NCBI GenBank assembly: GCA_002189035.1
Contig: NEEC01000013.1
Coordinates: forward strand, 992,001 to 1,056,000
Direction of reading: 5' to 3'
DNA: 64,000 bases
Origin: Utricularia gibba
Lineage: Eukaryota > Plantae > Magnoliophyta
In this document: positions 1 to 17,031 of the stretch, piece by piece
Layout: every line of letters begins with the position of its first letter
Position numbering within the stretch: the first letter of the stretch is position 1
The notes under the pieces: generated by a model
Seen by the model: only the letters and a program-made list of their open reading frames with translations
What the model was told of the DNA's origin: nothing
Databases searched by the model: none
Position numbers and translations under genes: made by a program

Positions 1-133
1 TGAATGTCGAACAAATTGAAAATCATACCAAATCAGTATTATGACTATTATTATTGTTAATCTAATAGTAATTGTGAGATTGAAATAAATTTTATAAAAA
101 TATTGAAAATGGGGAGGAAATCCTTGATTCGCC

Positions 134-140
134 TATAAAA
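134..140 (+). promoter_or_regulatory. TATA box of TIP1 gene
   Basis: CCTATAAAAT about 90 bp upstream of the ATG at 223. Confidence 0.6.
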
Positions 141-222
141 TAGCACATCCGCCACTAAAATGATCACACCCGCAGGAAGCTTCCAATTCTTGTTGTACTT
201 AGCATTCATTGTATGAGCCACC

Positions 223-1081
223 ATGTCCGGACCCAGAGACTACTTCAACCCTCCCCTCAGCCGCGTGGCCGTCGGAAACTCGCATGAGTTCCGGCACCCC
301 GGTGCAGTGAAGGCCGCGGTTGCCGAGTTCATCAGCACCCTCATCTTCGTCTTTGCTGGCTCCGGCTCCGGCGTGGCCTACAACAAGCTTACAGGGGATG
401 CTCCGGCTTCGCCCTCAGGCCTTGTCGCCGCGGCAGTTGCCCATGCCTTCGCCCTCTTCGTCGCCGTCTCCGTTGGCGCCAATATTTCCGGCGGCCACGT
501 CAACCCTGCCGTCACGTTTGGTTTGTTTGTGGGTGGCAACATCACTCTTCTCCGTGGTATTCTGTATATCATCGCTCAACTCCTCGGCTCCGTTGCCGGT
601 GCTGCTCTCCTTTCCTTGGCCACCGGAGGCTATGTAAGTAGGATTGTGATTTTCAAAATAAAAATCCAACTAAAACCGAACACCGAATTCGAAATCAAGA
701 CCAATTCTGTTTGTGCAGGAAATCCCGGCGTTCAGCTTATCGGCCGGAGTATCGGTGTGGAGCGCCTTCGTTTTCGAAATCGTCTTGACATTCGGGCTAG
801 TCTACACTGTGTACGCCACCGCCGTCGATCCAAAGAAGGGTGAGATAGGCATCATAGCCCCTCTGGCCATCGGTTTCATCGTAGGAGCCAACATCCTTGC
901 CGGCGGTGCATTCACCGGCGCTTCGATGAACCCCGCCGTGGCCTTCGGCCCCGCGGTGGTGAGCGGCGTTTGGACCTATCATTGGATCTACTGGGCCGGG
1001 CCCTTCGTCGGAGCCGCCATCGCCGGCATAGTCTATGAAGTGTTTTTCCTCACTCGCTCCCATGAACCGCTGCCCCACTAA
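223..1081 (+). CDS. TIP1: Tonoplast intrinsic protein, TIP1 (gamma-TIP) aquaporin, 257 aa; exons 223-633, 719-1081
   Basis: [17 protein letters not shown], two NPA boxes ([15 protein letters not shown]). Val follows the second NPA, as is typical of TIP1. GT-AG intron 634-718 joins the two ORFs in frame. Confidence 0.96.
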
Positions 1082-2802
1082 GATTTGGTCTCGTGATGTT
1101 CCTCTGCAAGTTGTCAAATATGGTGTAATAATGGACCAAATTCGAATTTCCAGTTTCGTAATTTGTGATACCATGGGGACCAAATCCGAATTTCCGGTAA
1201 TGTAACATCATCCACAGGTGAATACGAGCCCATCACATCCAGGGACCATTTGTGACATGATAATATCCATATGAAACTGACATCCACATTATCATTTGAT
1301 TTGATTTGATTATAAACAAAAAATGTAATTCGGAATAAATTATTCCCAAGAAAAAATATTGAAAAGATCGTGTCCTAAAATGCAAATAGCGTAAATATAG
1401 ACACTAAAACCATTATGACTATCAATTAATTTATCTTAATTAAATATTATTCATATTTAATAATTTCAAACATCAAACGGATAAATAATTTATTCAATGT
1501 TATTTTATTTAAAATTTTGTATCCATTTAATCAATTGAACCTAATAATTAATTTTATATCACTTATATTTATATTTTTTATAACTCTATAAGGTCAATTT
1601 TACATTTTTTATATTTTGATCTATTTGAATGAAAACTTGATAAAAAATTCTCGATTAAAATAAAATTTACATTTTATCTTAAAAGATTTAAATCTTATCT
1701 TAAAAAATTCAAATAGAAAATATGATGCAAACCATCAACAAAGCCCAACAAATTGAAACTTTTATATAAGAGCTTGAACACCAAGGTGTTAAAGTGATCG
1801 GAGTCTTTGAGTCAGTATATGAATTTAGAGTCGAGTACAATATCTTTTGATTTGTTTCATGTCATTTTTCATGAATTTTGTATGTTAAAATCGACCATGT
1901 GCGTATTGGCGCTTATGATCACAGATTTGTGGTGAAACCTTATTTGCGAAAATATTGCATGTGTAACCATGTTTTTTAAGATTTAATTTGAGGTTTAATT
2001 TTATTTTTCAAAAATGTTTTCTGCACAATTATATTTTTTTAGTACCACAACCTTAAGAAAAGTATAATAAAATCTCATATTAATCTAAAGCACCTAAGAA
2101 TAAGTTCTTAATCAGACATAATTGGTAAGACATTTGATCTAATCTATTTATGAGGTGTGACGTGTAGAATAATTATAATGATGTGATTTATTATATAATT
2201 CGACTAAATAATAGATAGTACTATAATAATTACCAAGTAACATTATTATAGAATAATATTTTATAGTTTGATCAAGTAGATCAGTTCTTAATGTTTACAT
2301 ATACACATAGATTGGTTTTAATAAATTGAATTCTATATCCAAAACTAATTTTTTCTTATTTTTTTAAAATTAATTTTTTAGTCATCATTTTAAATAAAAT
2401 TATAAAAACAATTTTATGTGAAAACAATATTATTTATTATTTCGATAGTTTATATATATTTATAGAATTATCATTAAAACCACAACCAGGTTGATGATAT
2501 TTTAATTATTTAGAAACGATAATATAATTATTTTAATCAATTTACAATATAATTTATTTTAAAATAAAAAAGTAAAAAAAAAAAAACATACATATTTTAA
2601 TACCTCAAAAAAAAAAACGCTTAAAAAAAGAACTCGGATTGCTGTGCTGCGCCGCGCCTGTCTAATGGTCACTCGTATCAGGTTGTATTATAATACGCGC
2701 ACCTGAAGAAAGCCTGTTGAAGAGGAAAGTGGAGTGAATCAGTCCCATTGAATAGCAAGAACAGCTGCAAGAGGAAAAGGATTGAGGCCAAGAGTTTGAG
2801 AT

Positions 2803-4774
2803 TCAACTTTCTTCAATCCTCAGCACAGTTCCCTGATCACCATCTGACTTGGTAGCATGCTTTTGCGCCGGGACCGGCTCCTGCTCCGTCATTCTCCTGC
2901 TGTGGCCAGTGCTCGATGTGGTTTCGATGTCCGACGAAACCCTGGGGACATCAGAAGAAGAAAGAGATCGCAAGGAGTCGCACCTTGGCTGCTTGCTCAC
3001 TGAGGACCTGATTGATAACGGGATGCACTTTGTCCTCGTGGGTCTTCCCTCTTGGTTCTCATCATGCTTCTGATCGGATCTTCGAATGACGGGCGATGAT
3101 AAGCCGATGAAGCATGACGTATAAGATGGGGGCTGCAGTCGCTAACCTGTCTCCATTGAAGGAGGAAGATCTTTTAAGGTTTGTGAATCCTTCCTTGTGG
3201 GTGCTTGTTTCGACTACGCTCCCGCTGAAGTACTCCTTGTCTTCGAGTGTCGGACCGGGATTCTCCGGTAGATGATCGGGTTCTTGTTCTGAGAACATTG
3301 AAGAGGAAAGCTTGGAGCTCGAGAGCCTTGGTTTGTGAGATGGGAACAGTCGAAAGGTGTCATCTTTGACAGACACTGAACCGCAGGAAATGAGCTGCAT
3401 GATCATATTGGAAGCCTTGAACATCACATTAGATGAGCTTCGAAATTCCTCGTCTTCAAGAATCCGAAGGCTTCCGGGCTTCTTCCCGTCGGCTCCAATG
3501 AGTGATTCCAAGGTATTATCCATCCTACCACTTGACGAAGGACTAGATGTAGATTGAGGGGGTGAAACAGACTCTCTGGTGTTGCCCACAGTGACTTTTA
3601 CCCGAGGAGTTTGCCTGCAGTGAGAGCTTCGTGTATCAGTCTCCAATGGCCCATCATCCGTTGAAACACCTCGTGTACGGGTGCTTCGAGAGCGAGCAGA
3701 TCTGCTGCTGAGAGTGTCCACCGTCTGTGTTGAGGCATCAGCAAGACCATCAGTCTTGTAGTACACCTTGTGCTGATTCAGGCTGCCAGAGCCATTCCAG
3801 GAGGAACACCTTCCACCAGCGAACTCAGAATTAGAGCAGCAGGGACGCTGGTCTGGAGGGGACAGTTCATCATCAACGGAATTCTTAGTTCTTTCATTCA
3901 AGCTGGAGGAACATGAAGACTCGTCTTGGCTTCTTGAAGACGGTGGCTCCAGGAGGGCTTTCGGATTTTGCAATATCAGTGTCTCCGGACTTAACTGACC
4001 TGGAAAACAATAACAACGAGGCAGAAAGTAAGCAGATGAAGCAACTAAAAGTTCAAGTACAGGAACAGCTCTGAGGAAGAGGCAGATGTAGTGAAAGATG
4101 TGCTGGTTCAGTTATCTGGATTTCAAACCGGTGAGAGTTACCCGGGTTGATGTTTTCAGAGAGCTCTGAGCCCTTGAGGACATACTCAGTGCCATGAGCT
4201 GGAAGAATCAAGTCATCATCACAAAGATCATGCCACACAAATCCATTCTTGTAGCTCCTACGTCCAAGAAACTACCCTCAATCACTTTCTCAACGACAGT
4301 CGAAATTAAAGCAACCATCAGTTTTGGAGGCCATTCAGGAGTTCAGAGATGAATCTGGGATCAGTTCTAAAGACAAGCTGAGCCAATTGTTCACCTTTTG
4401 CAAGACCAGGAGTACATTGAAGCCATTCCTTTGCCCCTCAGAACAGTAAGTCTTTCGATCACATCTTCAAAAACAGAAGCTCAACCCAGGCGATATTTGA
4501 GTGATGTTTCAAAATGATAAACAGCAACTAGATTTCGTGTACCTTTCAAGTAAAGTCCATCGCTGGAAGAAAGGGGGACTTCCATGAAATGAGGATGCTC
4601 CATCCGTCTATTCTGGCATAGATAGTAAACTACAGGGACCTTACCACTAGATTTCTGCTCCTGGAGCGGTTGCTTATGATGATCATGATTATGAATGCAG
4701 CGATATTTGAGTGATTTTTCTCTCCAAACTTTAGCTCTTTGGGGGCACACTTGAGGATTACCTCTCCGTTCCAT
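2803..4774 (-). CDS. SOK3: SOSEKI family polarity protein (DUF966/UPSTREAM OF FLC), SOK3-like, 515 aa; exons 4774-4543, 4464-4395, 4257-4142, 3999-3147, 3079-2803
   Basis: DIX-like domain [22 protein letters not shown] / [32 protein letters not shown] (CG) motif, [21 protein letters not shown]. All introns are GT-AG and exons sum to 1548 nt with no stop. Confidence 0.93.
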
Positions 4775-5594
4775 TGCTCTAAACCTTCAAGATATTTTGA
4801 AAACCTGTCAATAAAACACGCAGACTCCTAAGCTAGAGAAAAACCAATTCACCGAAATCTCACAGCAAAAAAACAAACTTCAACATAAGGACACCAGCCT
4901 CACCGTTTAGAAACCAATGTGAGATCTCGAGTCACAAAATGAATGCAAAATGTCCCTGTTTATACCAATGAGATCCCACACACGAGCGTTTACCTAACAA
5001 CACAACAATGAATATGGAATAGTACAAAATTGGCAAATGGATGCCATCAAAAGCCAATTGTCAGATAGATGCAGAGCGCCGAACAAAAACTAACACGCAA
5101 CCCAATAAGAGAAATGATAAAAGCAGAATGCCCCTCTTGGCTGTCACTCCCAACGTGCTTCAGGGCCCTTGAGGGTAGGGGAGAAGAATTCATTTTCAAG
5201 AAAGATGAAGGTCAGCGCATTGGAAGGGAACATAGAGAAAACAGAGAGTAAATGGAAGGCGAGTTTTAAATGCTGAGAGGACAATGGGTGCTAAAGAATC
5301 CTGCAGTAAGTAACTTCTATAGTCATGTATCGAACTACGCATCATTCGTTACTGCACAGGGGTTTCGTTCCGTCGGAATCACCACCATACCATAGTTTCC
5401 GCCTCCAGCCCTATGCGCGCAGCTGCAGTCCCAATGTCTGCAGCTGTTGCGTTTCCGAGAAATTTCATTTTGGCCCACACGCATATGCTCCTCCCCATTT
5501 TCACCAATCTGCAAACTGAAAGTCGTCTTCTTTAATACGGTAAGTTCTTTGAATACATGAAGATCATTGAAGATAGACCACATTCATCACTGCT

Positions 5595-5723
5595 TCATTT
5601 TTTTCTGTATCGATGAATAAACAATCGAGGTGGGTCGTTCCAAAATTTGGACTTGTGTGGCTTGTCTTCTTGCGTCCAGGAGGAGTCAAATCCACAGAAA
5701 GAGGAAACCCAATCCTGATTCAT
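5595..5723 (-). other. Candidate 42-aa upstream ORF in the putative SOK3 leader
   Basis: ATG 5723 to TGA 5595-5597 gives MNQDWVSSFCGFDSSWTQEDKPHKSKFWNDPPRLFIHRYRKK. Minus-strand splice signals lie between it and the SOK3 ATG. Confidence 0.3.
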
Positions 5724-6827
5724 GCGTGCAAGTTACCACACGTTGATCGGAAAGATAATATTTTTCATGTCTTATGTGGGGAAACCCTGCGACAAAACCT
5801 AACCCAGAAGATGAATTCAGTACATGGTGCCTCAGGACAGTAGGAACTCGTCGGTGACTTCTTCATTGAAGACATCGGTAGAACATCGGATTGGGTGGGA
5901 CTGGCGCATCACCGGAGTGTTCTCAGTTCTGTTTTCTTATTTGATTTTTTTTTTATTTTATGTACATTTTAACCATTATTAATTATATAATAAAATCATA
6001 AACTCAGATTTTTTAAATTAAACTAAAAATTTAGTATATTTATTAAATATCTGCCTTAACGACTAAATTAATATATTACATTATCATATTCAATTTTATA
6101 ACAATTAAATTTATTAAAATTTATAACATAATTTTATATTACTTGTTATCATGAAAATAATTTTACAATCTTAAAATTGATTATATTTTTACAGTAAACA
6201 TATTCAATATATATATGGATTATTATCCATCTCCTTAGCCTAATAAAACAAACTATGATCAAAGTAATTCATAATAAACATAAAGCATAGTGAAGACTGA
6301 CAAGAGATCACCAGATGATCAAACTCCACCTCATTAGAATAGCAATTTTGGAAGAAACTGATCTTGATTCCATGGAAGATCAAGTCTAGTGAAATGAATA
6401 AAAGGAAACAACTATTGATGTGATCTATTTCACCAAGATAATAAAAAAAGTTGAAAATAATAATGTGGGCTAAGAAGAAACAAACCCATAAAAATACATT
6501 ACTTCAACACCAATAAACTACATTGAATTGAAAGTAATATGATGCTATCCGAATACGTAATTCATGGTTTTATTAATACGACAATCATAAAGTATTAAAT
6601 TGAGATACATGAAGGTCGAATAATATATTTGAATATTCAAATAAATCAGGCTACAAATTTATAAAAACTTAAAGGTTGATATATGACATTCAACTAATCA
6701 TTTTTTTATGTTCTATGTTTTTTAATATTATACATTAATATAAGAATTTTAAGTATAGTTTTATAGTTATCTTTTTTAATAATATTTATATATAATTTTG
6801 AACATTTCATATTCTTAAAACGTATGT

Positions 6828-7397
6828 GGGCCTGTTTGGTAAGGTTGTTAAGTCATCTTAACAAGAATTTTAAATTAAAAGTATGTTTGATAGTGATTGT
6901 GAAAATAGACAATGTTATTTATTTTAATATATATAAAACTAATTTTGGAATGTGAACTTAGATGAGGTGAGGGGGTCTGCATTTATACTTAACACATATA
7001 TAATTTTGGAAACTGTTGATTTTTTACTGGGTGTGATAGGTTTGTCCCTAGTAGAGTTAAACTCAATGAAATAGGAATGTGAAATCATAAATTGAAAACA
7101 AAAATAGATTTTATATAAAAGTGAAACATTAAAAAAAAACTCTACACTTTTAATGAACTGAATTGAAAAAATATAGAAAATGATTATAAAAAATCTTTAA
7201 ATAATATTGGGTATATTTTGGAAAATTTTCATAAAATCATTTATTTAACAATAATCTACTAAATATAAAATATTATAAATATTCATATTTTTATACAATA
7301 TTACCAAACACATCTCATCTAAATAATAGATATCCATTTATCTAAATAATAATAATCTTAATGAATTGTAAATTAAACAATCGTATCAAACAGGTCT
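6828..7397. mobile_element. Probable PIF/Harbinger-derived (Tourist-like) MITE, ~570 bp
   Basis: GGGCCTGTTTGGTA at 6828 and the imperfect inverted TATCAAACAGGTCT at 7384-7397 bracket an AT-rich interior. No clean TAA/TTA TSD. Confidence 0.5.
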
Positions 7398-7618
7398 ATA
7401 TAGATATACTTTATTATTTAACATAACAAAAATCTACCAATAGATTAAATCGATTTTTAAAACATTGTTATATGCAAAATGAGGAATCTTCATTTTTTAC
7501 ATGATCACGATCTTATGAATATACGGTTTGCGGCATCTAACGAACATTCAATCGTGATGTTGATCACAACATGTGTTATATTTTACACCAGAACAACAAC
7601 CTTCTTTGAGTGGTTTCA

Positions 7619-9033
7619 TCACTCGCCTCCGCATTCGGGAGTGACGCTGTGATCCCTATTCAAATCATGGCAATAGTAATAGATCACGTAGCTTCTTTGC
7701 ACCCACCGCAGTGCCGAATGCTGCACGTCGCTCAACCCGTAGGCCCCCGTCGGAGATGCGGTCGCCGGGCGGCAGGAGGAGTTTCCGGCGGCGTCGCAGC
7801 CGGAGATCTTGAAGTCCTTGTACCTGGCGATGAAGGGCTGGTAGCTGTAATCCGCCTTGTATTTTCCATTGTCGGTTGCCCAGGAAGATGCATCCCATAT
7901 GGAGCCGTACACCCACATCGGTCTCAATGGGAATGTGGAAGTGCTTCGCTTCTTGTATTTCCGAATCGGGATATCGTCCACCAAAAATCTGCAAAAGTAC
8001 ACCAACTAGAATTTAATAAAGGATCGATAGCATACAACTAGTATATATAAAATCTAAATACATCATAAACATAAATTATATTATGGAAAATTAGATCAAA
8101 TATTATAACAATAAATTAAACAAAAAAGACATTGATGGGTTATTATATTAAATCTAATGCTTAATCAGTTATGTCAAAGGGTCACATCGTGTCCGTTTAA
8201 GGTTAAATGTAATAATAAATAAATGAAAATGATGCGCCGTAAATTGTTACAAAAAGTTACCTTCACCTTTTGACTTATGTAGTTAATGTCCGGACGGGTT
8301 GTCTACTGTTTTACTTGATGTTGACTGGAGAATTTGCAAAATAATAAAAAAAATGGCAAAAAAGGAGCGCTCACATGATCTCTTGGGGGTTCCAGAGAAT
8401 AGCGTAGTGATGGAAAGCGGCCGTTGGGTCAAACCAGAGGTGGAATCTCATCTCCCGGCCGACCAGATTCCCGTCTCCGCTCCCGTTCATGTAAACGTTT
8501 GTCTGCAAGACGTACGGCTCTTCATTGGTTTGTCCCAGGAACTCCATGTCGATCTCATCGTGCTTCCCCGGGATAGCTTCGTTGTTGGAGAGCTGAAACA
8601 CAGACATCGCAGTCATGGTGTAAAGGGTGAGGATCGGAATATCTGAATGCTGCCTGAAACACTCACGTATAAGCACGCGATTACTCCGGCGGTGTATCCG
8701 GCTTGGAGCTTGATGGAGGCGCCGAAGTACCCGGAAGTGTAAGAACGCAGCGATTTGAATCCACTACCTGCCATATCATCGCACAAACCAATCAGGATAG
8801 GCTCTGGTTTTGCAACAGAAACACTGTGACTGACCCGAAGTTCGATCCAGCCAGATGGTGAGCCCATTCTGATCCACATGCTGATGGTACGGACCCCAAA
8901 GATTTCGAAGTTCTTGATCGAATCGTGTGGAGTTGACAGTGGAGCTTGGGTAGAAGTTGGGGGAGGGTGGGATTAGGGAATCGGAGCAGCCTGCGGCGAG
9001 GAGGAGGAGGAGAAGGTACAGAAGAAGCGCCAT
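7619..9033 (-). CDS. XTH32: Xyloglucan endotransglucosylase/hydrolase, group III-A (XTH31/32-like), 295 aa; exons 9033-8835, 8767-8667, 8592-8375, 7988-7619
   Basis: Signal peptide, GH16 catalytic motif [10 protein letters not shown], extended loop [20 protein letters not shown]-terminal YYYC..TPEC. Canonical 4-exon layout with a 101-nt exon 2; 888 nt total. Confidence 0.95.
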
Positions 9034-10730
9034 TGATGGTGCATCCCAAGTGATGGAATATATAAGGTAGGGGGTGGAGTGATAAATGTGAAGAGTTTTG
9101 GGGTCCATGTGAGAAAAGGAAAAGGGATTGATCCTTTTCAGTTGCACACACAGGCAATAAAACAAATTGTTTTGTGGCTTTTTCATTCATTTATTCCTTC
9201 ATATGTTGCTATTTAATGATTTATTCCATGAAATTTGAGGAAATAAAGAATTGAATACCTGACAAGGAAGCTGAATTTAATTCGCGGTATGATGATTTAT
9301 GAGTAGTGAACATGGGAATGGATTTTGAAGTGAAGAACAAGGTTTCTTTTTTTTTTTTCAAATTTTTATAGAGTTTATGCTATCAACCGTATGAATATAT
9401 TTTGCAAAATATCTTAGTTAATGATATATTTGAATTATTTGTGTTTGTTAAAATTAAAGATACGACAGATTGAACGAGCATACGTTAAAAGTTAAATATA
9501 TAAGAAACATAGATTATATAAAAATGATTAAATTTAATCAGTTATTAATAATTTACAATTTTTCATATAATTGATTGTTTCAATGTTAAATTTCAATATA
9601 AAATGATTTGTTCTAATATGATTAAGACTTGTTTTTTTTATTGCGTGTATTATTTAGATAAATAATTGTTATGTAATTGACATTTGTTAAATAAGTTTTA
9701 AATACGTGTTTAAAATATCATTATGTTAATACATGAAAAAAGAATAAATTCAAGTTAGATGATGAGAAATATAATTGAAAAGACTATGAAAATTTCTTGT
9801 GTAAATCACGGCGTAGTGTCTTTTCGAGATGATATGTTTCAACATGAGAATCTACTCGGCAGCCCACCGGGAACACGATCTGACCATACGCGCACATGCA
9901 CCGCCCAGTGAGTGCTCCTTCATCCGCCGGCCCCACCCCTTCCTTGTCCGGCGCCTCCAACGTTTTCCTTGTCGCGGGGCGTATTTAATATTAGAAAAAA
10001 GATGTTATGGCCATATCATACACACTCTGTTCAATCTATTCGATCCCGAATCAGTCGCGAATGATTAAGAAAAGTCATGGCTTGCCTTGTGGGTGGAGTT
10101 TGAACAGCCTCTTCTTTCTCTCCTGATCAGTCTCCTCGCACTCCAAGTTCACTTAATGGGGCTCTCGCGCCGCACGGCTCTTGGAGAAAGCCAGAGACAG
10201 ACCTTCGCTTGCTGCAGGTAAAAGGCAGCCATGTGAGGGAGAGGACACTGAGAGTGAATACACAGGCAACAATGGCGCTCTGTGTTGTGTTGACACATCA
10301 TGCAATTTGCCATATTGGGAGGTGCCCAACTTGTGCAGACTCTTCGCTTCATTAACATTTCCCTGCCTTTGCATATGATGTATGAAACGCTTCGCGCTAT
10401 TTACTGGGTTGACGTGATAGGGATATGGAACCCTAATTGAACTATAGTTGTCGAGTTTTCGAAGATGCGCTTAGAATTCGTCTCACATCAGCTATGGATG
10501 TGAACTATGAAGAACGAACTTACGAGGCGCTAATAAGACATATTCGTGTTACCATCTTACGAATTTATTATGATATGTGAGCATGTATATATACCCTAAT
10601 GGACAAGGATTTTAGTGATACTCTTAGAGTATGTGAAAATGTTTGATAGTATAGTTTAATTAGTTGTCTATTTGAATTATTTGTGGTTATAAAAAATTAC
10701 GTATTACTAGTAATTAATTATAAGTAAATA

Positions 10731-11145
10731 TTAAAACAAATAATCTCATATTGTGATTTGAAGATAAAATAATCAAATATATAAGAAATTATAGATTATT
10801 AATAATTGATTGTATTTAATATTTTTAATATAATATATATTTCTTGTATACTTGAAGTTTACGTATACTCGTCAGATCTATCAGATCTTTAATTTCAATA
10901 TGATATTGGAGCTTTTGCTTTATGCATGACCTAAGTTGCCAAGATAAGTTTCGTATTGGTATGAGTTGAGAGTGATTATTAAAACAAATAATATCACGTC
11001 AGAATTTGAAATTAAAATAGTCAAATATAATAAATTATAGATTATTAATAATCTATTAAATCTAATTCTTCTAATATAATCCATATTTATTATCAACTTG
11101 AGTTTCATATGTGCTTATGTCGATGATCAATCAGATCTTTAATTT
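10731..11145. repeat. Diverged ~250-bp tandem duplication
   Basis: TTAAAACAAATAAT...TTATAGATTATTAATAAT at 10731 and 10979; TCAGATCTTTAATTT at 10881 and 11131. Confidence 0.55.
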
Positions 11146-13271
11146 TAACAAATATATGATATGTAGTTAAAATCAAAAATTTATTTGGTACATATATTTT
11201 ACATATGTATGTTTAGAATGACGTTATATATAACAAATATGTAGTTTTCATAAAAAAAATTTACAAATCGTTTGTTTACTAAAACTCAACTAGGAGGTAT
11301 CTAGTAACTAGGAAATAAATTTTTTAATAATAATTATAAGAGTTTTTACAAAATACCGCATATCTATTAAACATATATCATTCATAAAACATACATGTTT
11401 AAATATTTAAATATATCTATCAAACATACCATTAATATTCTTTGGGAAAACGTGCTTCATATACCATACCTAACCTTACAAAGCAATTGATTTAGAGTGG
11501 AAATCACTGTTGGAGGGTGTTTAGATGGGCAGGTATATATACAAAAGGTAAGGTGGTTTCTTATATACATCACAAATTAATAAAAACGGAAACGTGATGA
11601 CATGTGGGGCTGAGGGTCCTTTTGAAGACGAAAACGATGGAATCAACCTAATTGGGATGCTATGGCCCAATACCAAAACCGTCTAAAGATTTCGAATTCA
11701 AGCTTTTATGGGTGATGTGTATGTAGTATTTGAAAAGTATGGTCTCGTCTCGTTCACGAAACAAGTACATGCATCATTTTAGGCATCGCATCGCTTGGAT
11801 GCAACTTCGTGCATAGGTTCGGAGAGAGTGCCCATGGTTCGTTCTATCGGTTCACAAGAGTGTTTGTTACCAGATGAGATGATCATGATCGAGTCGCGGA
11901 CACAAGGGAGACACGGGCCACATGTAGCACACAATAATTTATTTGAAGTAATTTGTGTTTTTGAAATAACGTTAAAAATAATTTGATTATCAAAGATTAG
12001 AGATTCGGAAATACTTTTATTTTTAATAATTTTATTAGATTCAAAAAATATTCTGTAAAATTTTTAAAATATATTTTTATTTTTAATAATTTTATTTTAG
12101 AATATTTTTAATTTTAAAAATAATTCTATCAAAAATATTTTTAAAATTATATTATAAAAGTTATTTTTAGAAAATTAATTAATTATTTATTTTTACTTCT
12201 TATTTATAATTTTATAAATAATTTTAAAAAATCAAAACAGATTTTAAAAATTTTTAAGAATATTAGTTCAATTTTTATTTTTAATTTTGATGAATAGAAA
12301 AATTAAAATATTAGACTGTAGTTTTTATGATTTATTTTTCAACTTATAACTTAAAATAAAGTAATTAATTGTTTTATAAAATAATTCTATTTATTCAAAA
12401 ACTTAAATTTTACTTATTTTTAATTTATTTTAATTTTCATTACTTTACCTACTTATCACACAAATTAAGAAAATGTAGTTTGTTCAATAAATAAGTTGCT
12501 TCATTTCAAATAAATTACTTTTACTTATACAATAACTTCTATTTAGGAGTTAAATACAAGTTATTTATTAAATTGCACATATTATATACTTGGATAAAAC
12601 TTAGAAGTAGATAGATGGCGCACACATGATGTTTGGGCTTACTACGGCCCATGTATAGAATCTCAAAAACGCCCAAAAGTGCATTTAATAAAGCTCAATG
12701 ACAGAAAGACCCAACTGGATAAATAAATAAATAAATAATTTAAAAGTTACCTAATACCCACGTATGATGCACCGGATTCAGCATATGAAGATTTATGAAA
12801 TTTAGATGTATCCGTATTTAAAATAACAATTATTTATTAAAAATACATAAATTTTTAAAAATAAAATTTATACTAAAAAATAATTAACTTAATATATAAA
12901 ATTTTAAATATAATTTTTAATAATGAAGTATTAAATCAATATATAAATGTATAAATATTATATTAATAAATATTTAAAATAGAAATCTAATATCGAAAAT
13001 ATTAAGACTAATATTAATGAATAACATAACTTTAATTTCAATGAAAAAGGTAATATTTAAAATAAATTTATGTTATAGAATTGAATTAGGTTATTGAATA
13101 TATTTTTATGTATATTTTTATATATTTTTCATCTTATTTTTAATAATAATTCACTGAATTAGGTGCCCAATTCATCACATCTTTCCTCTTCGTGTCTCAC
13201 TTTTTTCTTGTTCCCAAGGAAACCTCTCCGCTTTCCCGATCCACTTCTCTTCCGTAGTCGCGTCGCCGGCG

Positions 13272-17031
<3,760 letters not shown>

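Noticed and set aside
7610-8646. Plus-strand ORFs 7610-8041 and 8299-8646
   Set aside because: Antisense to XTH exons 3-4.
12767-13168. Possible MITE upstream of CDC48 (GCACCGGATTCAG / CTGAATTAGGTGC)
   Set aside because: Only 11/13 inverted match and no TSD, so it may be chance in AT-rich DNA.
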